Source: an archaeon GW2011_AR15 (GTDB taxonomy: Archaea > Nanobdellota > Nanobdellia > Woesearchaeales > GW2011-AR15). From it: 64,000 nt of DNA. This document shows, one piece after another, positions 27,342 through 37,894 of this stretch (position 1 is the first letter of the stretch; the number at the start of each line of letters is the position of its first letter). The notes under the pieces are model-generated. The model was not told where the DNA came from. It saw only the letters and a program-made list of their open reading frames with translations, and searched no databases. The position numbers and the translations under genes were made by a program. The DNA lies in NCBI GenBank assembly GCA_000830295.1, contig CP010425.1, forward strand, positions 64,001 to 128,000, in the 5' to 3' direction.

Positions 27342-29450
27342 ATGAAAAAAATATTGTTTGTAGTGTTAGCTTTGATAATGATTGTTTCTGCAGCGGCTGT
27401 TCAGGATAATATTGAGAGAAAGGACGGCGGGATAAAGACTGAGAACAAGGATTTTGTCCTTGACTGGGACTTGGAAGTTACAGGCTACAGCCCGCACTCA
27501 GGGAAATTCATACTTGAAGGGACTGCGCTGAGAAGCAAGGAAACAGATAGGAAAGCAGATATTGCAATAATCAGTCCCGTCCCTCTGGTGTCGATGAGCA
27601 GCGCTGTTGTATGGGAAGATATTGAAGAAGTTTTAACTGAGGAGAAAATTTATCCCTGTGACGGTCAATACGGCTGGAATAATGAAGAACACACCCAGAT
27701 TTATTGTGCAAGAACATACACAAGGTTAAATAATCAGACCGAGCAAATAGAGAACTATACTTCAACTTCAGTCATTGATGTTAACTCCGGAATATCTGTT
27801 ACTGATTTGGGGGATTCAATTGCATGGAACAACACAAAAACAGTAAAAAGGATATCTGAGAATGTAATATCATCAAAAATATCTTCCATTGAACATAAGA
27901 CAGATTATGGAAATTACGTCTACTATGTAAAAAACAATACTTTCAAAGCAGATGAAGATTACAGGTTCAGGTTTGAGATTGATGTAGCTAAAGAGATGCT
28001 TCCTGTAAAATATACTGTTTGTATAGGTGATGCAGAAGCCAACATATATTATTTCTGCCTAGACCCTACAATTGTCGATGCAAGGACATGGACAACTGAT
28101 GCTGACTTCACGAACGGAACAACACTTCTTAATTTGACTGCGGAGAATGATGATTTAAGGTTGGATATTGACAATGATGCTGCCTATTCAGATAGTCTAA
28201 TTCATTATTATTCGTTTGATTCTAATGCCAGTGATAGTGTTGGCAGTCTTGACGGAAGCGTGGATGGAGCAACCAGCACTACAGCCAAGAACAATAATGG
28301 GTACTCCTTTGATGGAACTAATGATAGAATAACTTATGATGGTGGCAGTAGATTTTATGATGATTCTGGCGATTTTTCAGTTTCTTATTGGGTATACATA
28401 GATTCTGATGGAACAGGAGTCCAAAAGCACATTTCAGCTCTTCAATGTGACTCTAATGCGGGAATGGCATATTACTATACTCATACAGGAGACATATATC
28501 ACGTTCAGATGAATAATGTAGGAGACATTTTAAGTGATAGTGCATTAACAGAGGATGCATGGACACATATTGTCTTTACAAGGAATGTCTCAGGGACAAT
28601 CCAGAACGCACTATACATAAATGGGGTATCTCAAACTTTAAGTGCTTCAGAACAAACCTACGACCCGATTTCCGGTGGTAGTTCATATACTAATGTTATA
28701 GGTGCACAACAGAGTGATTGCTTTTCATATGTTCAGTTTACAAAAGGGGATATTGACGAAATTGCTTTCTGGAACAGGTCTTTGACAGAAGAAGAGGTAG
28801 TATCTCTCAATAATTCCCATTTCTACTCTCCAGGGAGTTCAGAAACATTCTCACAGGGATTATACAGCGATGTTCAAGGTTGGTATCCTCAGAATGGATC
28901 AAAGCTAACAAGTGTTGATGTGCAAACTGTGCTCGCTGTTGATAGCTCTATCTTATTTAAATATAACAGCACTAATGCTTCACTGGACAGTTCTGAGTGG
29001 ATAAATCTTACTACTAATGGAACTAACATAATCAGTTTAGATCTGTCTAATGACCAGCCAATCTACTATCAGTTCAAGCTAATAGGGCCTGTTTCAACAC
29101 CAAGTGTAACTTCATATACTCTTCAGGAGACGATATATTCTGAGTCAGGAGCCAACAATTTTATTGATTTGGGTATACAACAGAGCTCAGCATGGCCTGA
29201 AGCGAATGTGTATAATGGCCAACAAGTTTACCTGAGAAACCTCAATAATGACCAAATATTAGCAACCGTAGACAGAGTTGTGGTGTATGGGAATAAAAGA
29301 TGGATTATCAACTATGCACTACCAAATGAATCTCTTGTGGGTTTGACTTTCAACATAACTCCGGTTGTTTATGTTCTTGATATGGCAAACCTGTCTTCGA
29401 CAGAGCTAACCACAACAGTAAAAAATCTCATAGACGCAACCATTAACTAA
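27342..29450 (+). CDS. Secreted LamG/concanavalin-like domain protein
   Basis: Signal peptide; HYYSFD, FDGTNDRI, WTHIVFT, LYING, GDIDEIAFWNRSL. Confidence 0.85.
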   Translation: MKKILFVVLALIMIVSAAAVQDNIERKDGGIKTENKDFVLDWDLEVTGYSPHSGKFILEGTALRSKETDRKADIAIISPVPLVSMSSAVVWEDIEEVLTEEKIYPCDGQYGWNNEEHTQIYCARTYTRLNNQTEQIENYTSTSVIDVNSGISVTDLGDSIAWNNTKTVKRISENVISSKISSIEHKTDYGNYVYYVKNNTFKADEDYRFRFEIDVAKEMLPVKYTVCIGDAEANIYYFCLDPTIVDARTWTTDADFTNGTTLLNLTAENDDLRLDIDNDAAYSDSLIHYYSFDSNASDSVGSLDGSVDGATSTTAKNNNGYSFDGTNDRITYDGGSRFYDDSGDFSVSYWVYIDSDGTGVQKHISALQCDSNAGMAYYYTHTGDIYHVQMNNVGDILSDSALTEDAWTHIVFTRNVSGTIQNALYINGVSQTLSASEQTYDPISGGSSYTNVIGAQQSDCFSYVQFTKGDIDEIAFWNRSLTEEEVVSLNNSHFYSPGSSETFSQGLYSDVQGWYPQNGSKLTSVDVQTVLAVDSSILFKYNSTNASLDSSEWINLTTNGTNIISLDLSNDQPIYYQFKLIGPVSTPSVTSYTLQETIYSESGANNFIDLGIQQSSAWPEANVYNGQQVYLRNLNNDQILATVDRVVVYGNKRWIINYALPNESLVGLTFNITPVVYVLDMANLSSTELTTTVKNLIDATIN

Positions 29451-29460
29451 AGGAGGAAAC

Positions 29461-32400
29461 ATGAAGAAAACTAGTTTCCTCCTGCTTTTTGTATTTTTAT
29501 TAGTGATTAGTGTGAGCTATGCGGCTGATACGTACAAGCCTTACATACACAAAGCCAATCTTCCTGAACACCCTAAAATAATCCTGTACGGCCAGTACAG
29601 GACCAGCCTGTTTCCTGGGGCAGCCACTTATTCTTACGGCATTGAAGTTCCTAGAGGAACAAACGGGCTGCAGCCTCTGGTTTTTGCCAGCTACAACAGC
29701 CAGTCTGCATCACAAAGGCCCGGGATACTTGGAAGCGGCTGGGCAGAAAGCAGCATATGGACGATTCCTGAGGATTTCATAAACAGCTCAGGAGACACAG
29801 GCATCAGGGTTATAGATATTAATGGAGATGGTCTGCCTGATATCCTGCAGGGCGCAGCCAGTACTAAAAAAGCATGGCTCAACAATGCAAGCGGCTGGGA
29901 AAATTATGATGCAGTGTGGCAGCCGCCGACCTCTTTTATAGACGGAAACGGGAAAGACGAGGGAACAAGGTTTATAGATGCCAATCTTGACGGGCTGGTT
30001 GATATCATAAAGCAGGATGATTCAGCATGGCTCAACAATGGCTCAGGCTGGCAGGCTACTGATGGCTGGAAATCGCCTGCAGATTTCATTGTCAGTAATG
30101 AAAACCTTGGCAGGAGCATCGCAGATGTCAACGGAGACGGGTTTGCCGATATAATCATTTCAACTTCAGGAGGGAATACAACATGGATTAAGAATTCAAC
30201 ATATCCTCAAATGCTGAAAAACATAGAGAATGAATATGGCGGGATTACAAATATAAGCTATGCCAGCTCAACACAGTTCAATAATTCAGAAAATGTGACT
30301 TCCCAGCTTGGCTTTAATATTTATGTTGTTTCCAATGTAACAACAGCAAACGGGCTTTCGGATGATTTTAACTTTGCTACTTCAACATCTTATAATTATT
30401 CTCTTGGAAAATACAATTACGGAAACTCTGAGTTCAGGGGTTTCGGAGTTTCTAAAGAGATAATGCCGTCAAAGATTGTCAGCCATTATTTCCATCAAGA
30501 TAATCCTAGAAGGAGCAAGGAGTTTAAGACTCAGATATATGATACGAATTTAAGCATCTTTTCAAAAAGCGAGAAAGAATATGCGGTTGTGTTTTCTGAT
30601 GGTGTTTATAATATAAGTCTTGATTCTTCTGCTGAATATCTCTATGATGGTTCTAATTCTCCTGTAATTACAAATAAAAGCTATACCTATGACTGGTACG
30701 GCAACCTGCTTTATTTAGAAGATCAAGGAGATGTTTCTGTTGCCGAAGATGAGAGATATTTCAACTATAGCTATGGTTTTGACAAGCAAAACTGGATAAT
30801 GGATAGGGCTGCGAGAGAAACTATCTATGATGATGAATTAGAGAAAGTAAGCGAGACAAAATACTATTATGATAATTTGGGCCTGGAAGGAGTGAGCGGC
30901 TATGGCAGACTGACTAAAACAGAAAGATGGGATTCAGGCGGAGATAATGTGTTTACTTACTTTAGTTATGATGGTTTTGGGAATGTGATTAAGAAAACAG
31001 ATAGTTTAGGGAACAGCTATAAGTTTTCGTACGACAGCACGCACACCTATCCTGTTACAGAGATAAATCCCCTGGGGCATATTACCACAAGGGTTTTTGA
31101 TTTACGGACAGGGAATGTTTTGTCTTTCACACAGAATGATATTACCGCAAGCTTTGTTTATGATGCTCATGGAAGAATAGCTAAAGAGGTCATGCCTTTT
31201 GACACGAATTTCTCTCCGACAAAAGAGTATGAGTATAGCTTTGATGGGGCGGCTCCTGAGAAGGTAAAGGTTAGTATGAAAACAACAGCTAACAGGACAG
31301 ACCGCATGTCCTATTTCTATGACGGGTTTGCCAATCTTATTCAGGTCAAGTCAGAGGTTGAAGATGGCCGGGAGATTGTCAAGAATATCTTCTATGATTC
31401 TGAATACAGGGTTGAGAGTGAGCAGAACCTTTATTTTGCTGATTATTCTTTAGAGCTAAGTCCTGCGGACAATGAAAGCAATTATGTTTTCTATAACTAT
31501 GATGCTTTAGATAGAGTTGTTTCTGTAACTAATCCTGACGGGACTTCTAAGACTGTCAGCTTTGAAAAGTACAATATAAGCTCTTATGATGAAAACGGGA
31601 ACAGGCATGATTACCTATTGGATGCGTTCGGCAGGATTGCTGAGGTCCACGAGTATAACACAAATGATGTCGGCCTGCAGAAAGTCTATAACACAACCTA
31701 TGAATATGACTCCAATGACAATCTGGTTAGAATTACAGATGAGGAAGGCAATGAGTTTTTGTTCTTCTATGATTCGCTGTCGAGGAAAACAGCAATGGAT
31801 GACCCTGATCTGGGCAGCTGGAGTTATGGCTATGACAAGAATTCAAACCTGATCAGCCAGACAGATGCAAAGAATAATACTATCAGACTTGGCTATGATG
31901 CCCTGAACAGGGTAACAGAAAAAAACAGCTCAGACGTTAACATTACTTTCAGCTATGACGGGGCTTACTCCGGTGTGCTGACAAATATGAGTATGAATGA
32001 TATCAATTTCAGCTTTGAATATGATGATAGGTTAAGACTTATAGAGATGATCATGCTGGCAGATGACCAGTCTTTTACAACTGAATTTATCTATGATTCC
32101 CAAAACAGGCTTATCTCAAAAGTTGGATTAGGAGAACTGGATTTTATATTCAACAGGCAAGGCAAAGTAAGGAAAATCCCGGGATTTGTTACAGATTCTT
32201 CTTATAATGCCTTTGGCAGTATTTTGAATAGAACTTATGGCAATGGCCTGATACAGCAGTTCAGTTATGATGAGGAGAATAACAGGCTTACAAACATCTA
32301 TATTTCAGGAGTCCAGAACTTGACTTATGATTATGATTCTGTAGAAAACATTATCTCCATACTTGACCCTGTGAATAATAGAAACCACTATCTTGGCTAT

Positions 32401-33927
32401 GATGGATTAAACAGGCTGATCAATGCCACAATAGGAGATGATGTCTACAAGTATTCTTACAACCCCTTAGGAAACATGATGAAGATAGTGCATAACAACG
32501 AAAGCAAGAAATTCGTTTACAATGGCGATCAGGCTCACGCCCCATCCCAGATAATCGAAGGGGAAGCTGGAGTGGACGTCTATAACCCAAGGGAGATAGA
32601 CACAGGCAGGAAATCCCGATTAACTGAATTCTGGTTATTGAATGACAAAAACACAAGCATTCTGGCCAACATATCTGTCTGGTTTGATGATAATAAGAAT
32701 TTCACGAATAATTCCATTACTCTCGACAGCAACATTTGGTTCCTTGTTGAGAACAACTACAGCTATGGCAGGGATTACAGCGTCAATATAACAGCAGATT
32801 CAGAGAACATATCAGACAGCCAGCTATACAGTATAAAATTCGGCACACGGGCAAAATCCCTTAAGGTTATAGATCCAAATGTCTCAGTCAAGACATTTGA
32901 GTTCATTATCGAGAATGATGTCTCTGATAAGGTCTATAACGTAAGCTGGAACTGCTCTAATGACATAGACACGATATATTCGACTGATTTGGCAGGAAAT
33001 CAAAGCCTGTATGACTATCTCCAGCACAATTACACTCTGCCTGGAGAAAAGACATTTACATGCACAGTCACAAGCAATGACGGGACAGAATCAGAGACAG
33101 TAGAATTTACTTTAAACGGCCTGGAGATAGAAGATTATGACATCCTGCTGACAAACATAAGCAGGAGAGTTGTTGCCTATGATGTTGTGAACTATTTCAC
33201 GCCGATAGAGGCCAATATTTCAATGGAGGACGAGACTGCCTCATTCTCCAGGATAACAACTCTTGAATCAGACGAGGATGTGATGGTTTTCGTCGAGACA
33301 AACTATTCCTCAGACGGCTCAAAGACATTCAGCATTGATGTCTCGTCAAGCAATTATTCTAATTCGTACAGCGAATCATTTGATTTAGAGAGTGTCTCAA
33401 TAGAGAATTATGAGAGGGTAAATCAAAATACCGGTCAGATATTAGTGTTCGGCATCAGGAACAAATGGTATTCTGGGGTGGTAAACTGGTCAGTGTCAGA
33501 GCCCAGCATACAGAACCTTAGCACTTTGAACACAGGCGAATTATTATTGGTTGCAATTGAGCATAATTATACTCAGGGCAGCAAAACACCGAGAATAACT
33601 GCTGTTGTGTCTTCTGTTCAGGACGAGGTAACAGATTATTTCTCTGTTACTCCTCTTGAAATCAGCAGTTTAGCAGTGATATCAGAAGACCGTTCCAAAG
33701 CAGTTTCCGAGCTGGTTGTGCTTAATAAGCTGGATGACAGCCAGCAGTTTTCATGGAGACTGGATACGGAGATAGAGAACATAACCTCCTCCTTAATCAA
33801 TCTCACTGGCAATGTTTTCATCTATATTGGCAGCTATTACAACACAGAAGGCATCTACAGGCAGGTTGCAGTGATAAACAGCAGCAGCTACGATGACAAT
33901 GAGAGCATCGGGGTGGTTATCTCGTGA
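29461..33927 (+). CDS. Secreted Rhs/TcB-like shell protein (SpvB-like start, FG-GAP repeats, YD repeats, beta-rich C-terminal repeats), no toxin tip
   Basis: GAATYSYGIEVPRGTNGLQP, DINGDG repeats, EFRGFG, many YD repeats, DPDLG; no terminal DPxG motif. Confidence 0.88.
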   Translation: MKKTSFLLLFVFLLVISVSYAADTYKPYIHKANLPEHPKIILYGQYRTSLFPGAATYSYGIEVPRGTNGLQPLVFASYNSQSASQRPGILGSGWAESSIWTIPEDFINSSGDTGIRVIDINGDGLPDILQGAASTKKAWLNNASGWENYDAVWQPPTSFIDGNGKDEGTRFIDANLDGLVDIIKQDDSAWLNNGSGWQATDGWKSPADFIVSNENLGRSIADVNGDGFADIIISTSGGNTTWIKNSTYPQMLKNIENEYGGITNISYASSTQFNNSENVTSQLGFNIYVVSNVTTANGLSDDFNFATSTSYNYSLGKYNYGNSEFRGFGVSKEIMPSKIVSHYFHQDNPRRSKEFKTQIYDTNLSIFSKSEKEYAVVFSDGVYNISLDSSAEYLYDGSNSPVITNKSYTYDWYGNLLYLEDQGDVSVAEDERYFNYSYGFDKQNWIMDRAARETIYDDELEKVSETKYYYDNLGLEGVSGYGRLTKTERWDSGGDNVFTYFSYDGFGNVIKKTDSLGNSYKFSYDSTHTYPVTEINPLGHITTRVFDLRTGNVLSFTQNDITASFVYDAHGRIAKEVMPFDTNFSPTKEYEYSFDGAAPEKVKVSMKTTANRTDRMSYFYDGFANLIQVKSEVEDGREIVKNIFYDSEYRVESEQNLYFADYSLELSPADNESNYVFYNYDALDRVVSVTNPDGTSKTVSFEKYNISSYDENGNRHDYLLDAFGRIAEVHEYNTNDVGLQKVYNTTYEYDSNDNLVRITDEEGNEFLFFYDSLSRKTAMDDPDLGSWSYGYDKNSNLISQTDAKNNTIRLGYDALNRVTEKNSSDVNITFSYDGAYSGVLTNMSMNDINFSFEYDDRLRLIEMIMLADDQSFTTEFIYDSQNRLISKVGLGELDFIFNRQGKVRKIPGFVTDSSYNAFGSILNRTYGNGLIQQFSYDEENNRLTNIYISGVQNLTYDYDSVENIISILDPVNNRNHYLGYDGLNRLINATIGDDVYKYSYNPLGNMMKIVHNNESKKFVYNGDQAHAPSQIIEGEAGVDVYNPREIDTGRKSRLTEFWLLNDKNTSILANISVWFDDNKNFTNNSITLDSNIWFLVENNYSYGRDYSVNITADSENISDSQLYSIKFGTRAKSLKVIDPNVSVKTFEFIIENDVSDKVYNVSWNCSNDIDTIYSTDLAGNQSLYDYLQHNYTLPGEKTFTCTVTSNDGTESETVEFTLNGLEIEDYDILLTNISRRVVAYDVVNYFTPIEANISMEDETASFSRITTLESDEDVMVFVETNYSSDGSKTFSIDVSSSNYSNSYSESFDLESVSIENYERVNQNTGQILVFGIRNKWYSGVVNWSVSEPSIQNLSTLNTGELLLVAIEHNYTQGSKTPRITAVVSSVQDEVTDYFSVTPLEISSLAVISEDRSKAVSELVVLNKLDDSQQFSWRLDTEIENITSSLINLTGNVFIYIGSYYNTEGIYRQVAVINSSSYDDNESIGVVIS

Positions 33928-35216
33928 GAACCGCCAGATATATAAAGAGAATTGCCCTGTTCTTCATCATGCTTATTGCTCTTCAATCTGTTGTTTTTGC
34001 TGGAACATTAAATTTAGAATATGACGCTAATGGCAATTTAGTTAGCGGAGACGGCCTTTTCAGGGAGTATAACTCACTGAACCAGTTATGGAGAGTGTAT
34101 AATGGCTCAAATTCCTCTGGTGATTTATTGCAGGAATACACATATCATCCTACAGAAGAGAGAGCCCTTATAAAGAAAACATACAATAATTCTGTTCTGG
34201 TTGAGAGAGCCTATTACGTTGATGAAAACTTTGTCAGGATCATAAATCTATCTGGAACTTTCGATTTTACGTATGTGTATCATAACGGACAACAGATAGC
34301 ACAGATACTGCCTTCAGGAGATAAAGAATTCATCCACGCAGACCATATCGGCTCTTCCAGTGTTGTAACTAATGAAGCCGGTCAAGTTATTGAGAATACT
34401 ACGTATGCTCCTTTTGGCTCAATTGTCTCAGGAGGAGAAGAGACGAGATATGATTACGAGAATAAGGAATATGATGAAACAATAGGCACTTACGACTTCC
34501 ATTTCAGGCAGTACAACCCAGAGTTCGGGATATTCATGCAGCCGGACACGCTCATACAGAATGTCTATGACCCGCAGTCTCTAAATAGATATGCGTTTGA
34601 GAGGAATAATCCGTATAACAGGGTTGATCCGACAGGTCATTTTGAACTAGTTTCTGGTACTGTTTTTGTTGGGGCTCTTGCAGTAGCATCTATAGCAGCA
34701 TTCATTGCATGGTCGAGTCCCATTATTGGACCTAGTATTGATTGGTATAAGTCATCAAGACAGGTTCTTCAAGCAAAAGCCACGGAGAATAAAGCTAAAT
34801 CTCTTTATGATTTGGGAGAAAAATGGTATCAATACTATGAGGATGATACTCCAGAAAACTTTAAGAAAGCACTTCTAGAAACAGCTGGTTTTGCTGTAGA
34901 TGAGATAATTAGTAGTGGATTACAAAGAACAGCAGGTAAAGTCTTTTCAGATTATTACGAGGCTAATCAAGGCATGGGAGGGATAACAATAAATGTTTTA
35001 AATAATATACTTGATTGGAATAATCAAGCCAATGAAATAATTGGTATCTCATCATCAGAAAAAGGTTCAAAAGCATTACTTCGCTCAAGAAGAAGTGGAG
35101 GATATAGTCTAGTAGAAAGTAATGCCAATGGAGAAACGAATACTTATACAGGTAATATCTATGACATTAATGGTGAAAAAAGATTTATTGGAATAAGACC
35201 AGTCAGTAGAGACTGA
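33924..35216 (+). CDS. Rhs core protein with signal peptide and hydrophobic toxin tip
   Basis: HADHIGS, YAPFG, QPD...PQSLNRYAFERNNPYNRVDPTG; GTG start overlaps the upstream TGA. Confidence 0.88.
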   Translation: MRTARYIKRIALFFIMLIALQSVVFAGTLNLEYDANGNLVSGDGLFREYNSLNQLWRVYNGSNSSGDLLQEYTYHPTEERALIKKTYNNSVLVERAYYVDENFVRIINLSGTFDFTYVYHNGQQIAQILPSGDKEFIHADHIGSSSVVTNEAGQVIENTTYAPFGSIVSGGEETRYDYENKEYDETIGTYDFHFRQYNPEFGIFMQPDTLIQNVYDPQSLNRYAFERNNPYNRVDPTGHFELVSGTVFVGALAVASIAAFIAWSSPIIGPSIDWYKSSRQVLQAKATENKAKSLYDLGEKWYQYYEDDTPENFKKALLETAGFAVDEIISSGLQRTAGKVFSDYYEANQGMGGITINVLNNILDWNNQANEIIGISSSEKGSKALLRSRRSGGYSLVESNANGETNTYTGNIYDINGEKRFIGIRPVSRD

Positions 35217-35254
35217 GACACATATTTAAATAGAAAAACATCCTAATAGCATAA

Positions 35255-35704
35255 ATGGTATTTTTTATCCAACAAAACATTGAAGCCATACTGCTTTATG
35301 TAGGTCTTTTCTCACTGCAAATTAGTTTTTTAATAACAAGTATTCTTGGTTGGAAAGTATATAAAAACAAAACTAAACTAGTACACAAAAAGAAACTAAA
35401 TCACGATGTTGCTGAGGATAATTTTCTTCTAGTTTTCTATATTTTAACAATATTACTGCCAATATTTTTTACTTATGTAATTTTTTCTCAAAATACCTAT
35501 TTAGGTTTCATTAATGTGTTCATATTATTCATATACTCAGTTGGAGTACATAGATTATCGATTTCAGAATTTGAAAAAATAATTTATTCAAGAAGACTAA
35601 TAAACCCAAAATTTAAAAAAAATATTTATAATTTAATTTTTAGACCATACATATATTTCGGCATAGCATTTTTTTGTTTAATAATAAACCTAATAATTAG
35701 ATAA
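35255..35704 (+). CDS. Putative membrane immunity protein
   Basis: Very AT-rich, about 4 TM segments, directly after a toxin tip. Confidence 0.6.
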   Translation: MVFFIQQNIEAILLYVGLFSLQISFLITSILGWKVYKNKTKLVHKKKLNHDVAEDNFLLVFYILTILLPIFFTYVIFSQNTYLGFINVFILFIYSVGVHRLSISEFEKIIYSRRLINPKFKKNIYNLIFRPYIYFGIAFFCLIINLIIR

Positions 35705-35705
35705 A

Positions 35706-36155
35706 ATGACAAACACAAAAACATTGAAAGTGTTTTATTTAGGGTTAACATTAATTGTATTTATCATTCTAACTATCTCTTTAATAATTAATATTAGTAT
35801 CCCCTTTATTGGGTGGGTTTTTGGATTGTCTGGTATAGGACTCTCAATCTTCCTATTTTTTTATATTGATTCAACTAAGAAAATCAACAAGGACACAAAT
35901 CAAATTTTTCATATTCTAGAAGAAAATAGATTATTTAAGATTAACTTTATACAATTGTCAATAATATATTTGATTCTAGTCTTTATATATACTCAATTTA
36001 GATATTCTATAGTCAAAGAGGCGTATTTTTCAGACACACTACCAATTTCTATATCTGTTATCTGCGTTTATTTTGTTTTGTTAACTATTCAATATCATAA
36101 AGGCTTGTTAATTTTATTAAGAAAAGATCTGAAGAGTTTCAAGAAGATAAAATAA
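35706..36155 (+). CDS. Putative membrane immunity protein
   Basis: Very AT-rich, about 4 TM segments, tandem with the previous gene. Confidence 0.6.
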   Translation: MTNTKTLKVFYLGLTLIVFIILTISLIINISIPFIGWVFGLSGIGLSIFLFFYIDSTKKINKDTNQIFHILEENRLFKINFIQLSIIYLILVFIYTQFRYSIVKEAYFSDTLPISISVICVYFVLLTIQYHKGLLILLRKDLKSFKKIK

Positions 36156-36160
36156 ATACC

Positions 36161-37894
36161 AATTCATCATACAATGCTTTCGGCAGCATTCTCAATAGGA
36201 GCTATGGCAATGGCCTGATACAGCAGTTCAGTTATGATGAGGAGAATAACAGGCTTACAAACATCCATATTTCAGGAGTCCAGAACTTGAGCTATTCATA
36301 TGATTCTGTAGGAAACATTATCTCCATACTTGATCCTGTGAATAATAGAAACCACTATCTTGGCTATGACAGCTTGAACAGGCTTGTAAATGCCACAATA
36401 GGAGGTGATGTCTACAAGTATTCTTACAGCCCCTTAGGAAACATGATGAAGATAGTGCATAACAATGAAAGTAAGAAATTCGTTTACAATGGCGATCAGG
36501 CTCACGCTCCGTCTTCAATTATTGAAGGAGACGCAGGCATTGACGTTTTCAGCCCGAGAGAGATTGATACTAACAGGAAATCCAGATTGACTGAGTTTTG
36601 GCTGCTTAATGACAGGAACACGAGCATTGTAACTAACTTTACTGTTGGCTTTTGAGACGGGAATTCCTTCAGCAATGATTCTGTTTCAGTAGAGAACAAC
36701 ATCTGGTTCCTTGTTGAGAACAATTATTCCAACGGAGGCAATTATTCTGTAAATGTGAGTGCTGTTTCCTTAGGCATCTCAGACAGTGAGGTTTATGATA
36801 ACAGATTTGGAGCAAGGGCTAACAACCTGAAAACTATTTATTCAAATAGCTCATTGAGAACATTTGAGTTCATTATTGAGAATGATGTCTCTGACACCAT
36901 ATACAATGTTACGTGGAACTGCTCAGACGGCCTTGACTCAATATACTCGACTGATTTGGAAGGAAATCAAAGCCTGTATGACTATCTTCAGCATAATTAC
37001 AGCAGCCCAGGCCAGAAGACCTTTGGCTGCACAGTTGTTAGCAATGACGGTGCTGAAAGCAAAGCAATAGTGTTTACTCTCAATGGATTAGAAATAGAGA
37101 ATTTTGACATTTTGTCTAATAATGCTTCATGGAGAGTCGTCAGCTATGATGTAAGGAATTATTTCATACCAATGGAAACAAATATCTCCATGGATGACGG
37201 CGCAGCTGAATATTCCAGAGTAACAACTTTAGCTTCCAATGAGAACATATTCGTGTTTGCAGAGCAGAATTTCAGTTCTGACGGCTCAAAGACATTCACG
37301 ATTTCACTGAATTCAGAGAATTATACCAATGATTATGCAGAAGCCTTTAGTTTAGAAGGAGTCTCAATAGAGAATTACAACAGGCATTCATCAGGGACTG
37401 ACCAAATCTTTTCTTTCGACGTGAGAAACAACTGGAACCCTTCAGTAGTTGTGTGGAACATCAGCGGAGTTCTAAGCAATTCCTCCTCTCTTGACAATGA
37501 TGAGCTTTTGATGGTAATCGTTGAGAACAATTATACAGTGCAGGGCAAAAAACAAGCAATAATTACAGCCAGAAGCTCATCATATGAAGACACAATAACG
37601 GATTATTTCCTAATTCAACCTTTATTAATACAATCTCTAATCACATTGTCAGAGGATGATTCAGAGGCAGTCTCAGAATTAATAGTAGAGAATACGATAA
37701 ACAACACGCAACAGTTTTCATGGAGACTGGATACACAAGAGGAGAATATAACCTCCAACTTAATCAATGTAAGCGACAACATCTTTGTTTATATAGGCAG
37801 CGAGTACAATGATGAAGGTGTCTATAATATCCGGCTGAATATCAATAATACGAATTATAACGACAGCGAGAAAAGAGGAGTGGTGATATCGTGA
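36161..37894 (+). pseudogene. 5'-truncated paralog of the shell-gene 3' part with an in-frame TGA at 36653-36655
   Basis: Starts mid-domain (NSSYNAFGSILNR), homologous to about 32195-33927; ORFs 36287-36655 and 36755-37894 are in the same frame; both copies end GVVIS. Confidence 0.85.

Noticed and set aside
27268-27345. 25-codon uORF overlapping the LamG gene start, with short AATAGTT repeats
   Set aside because: Too short and low in complexity to support; the LamG gene has its own SD-like GGGGGT.
36653-36655. In-frame TGA as evidence of recoding or selenocysteine
   Set aside because: Many intact genes here end in TGA and the segment is already 5'-truncated; a nonsense mutation is simpler.
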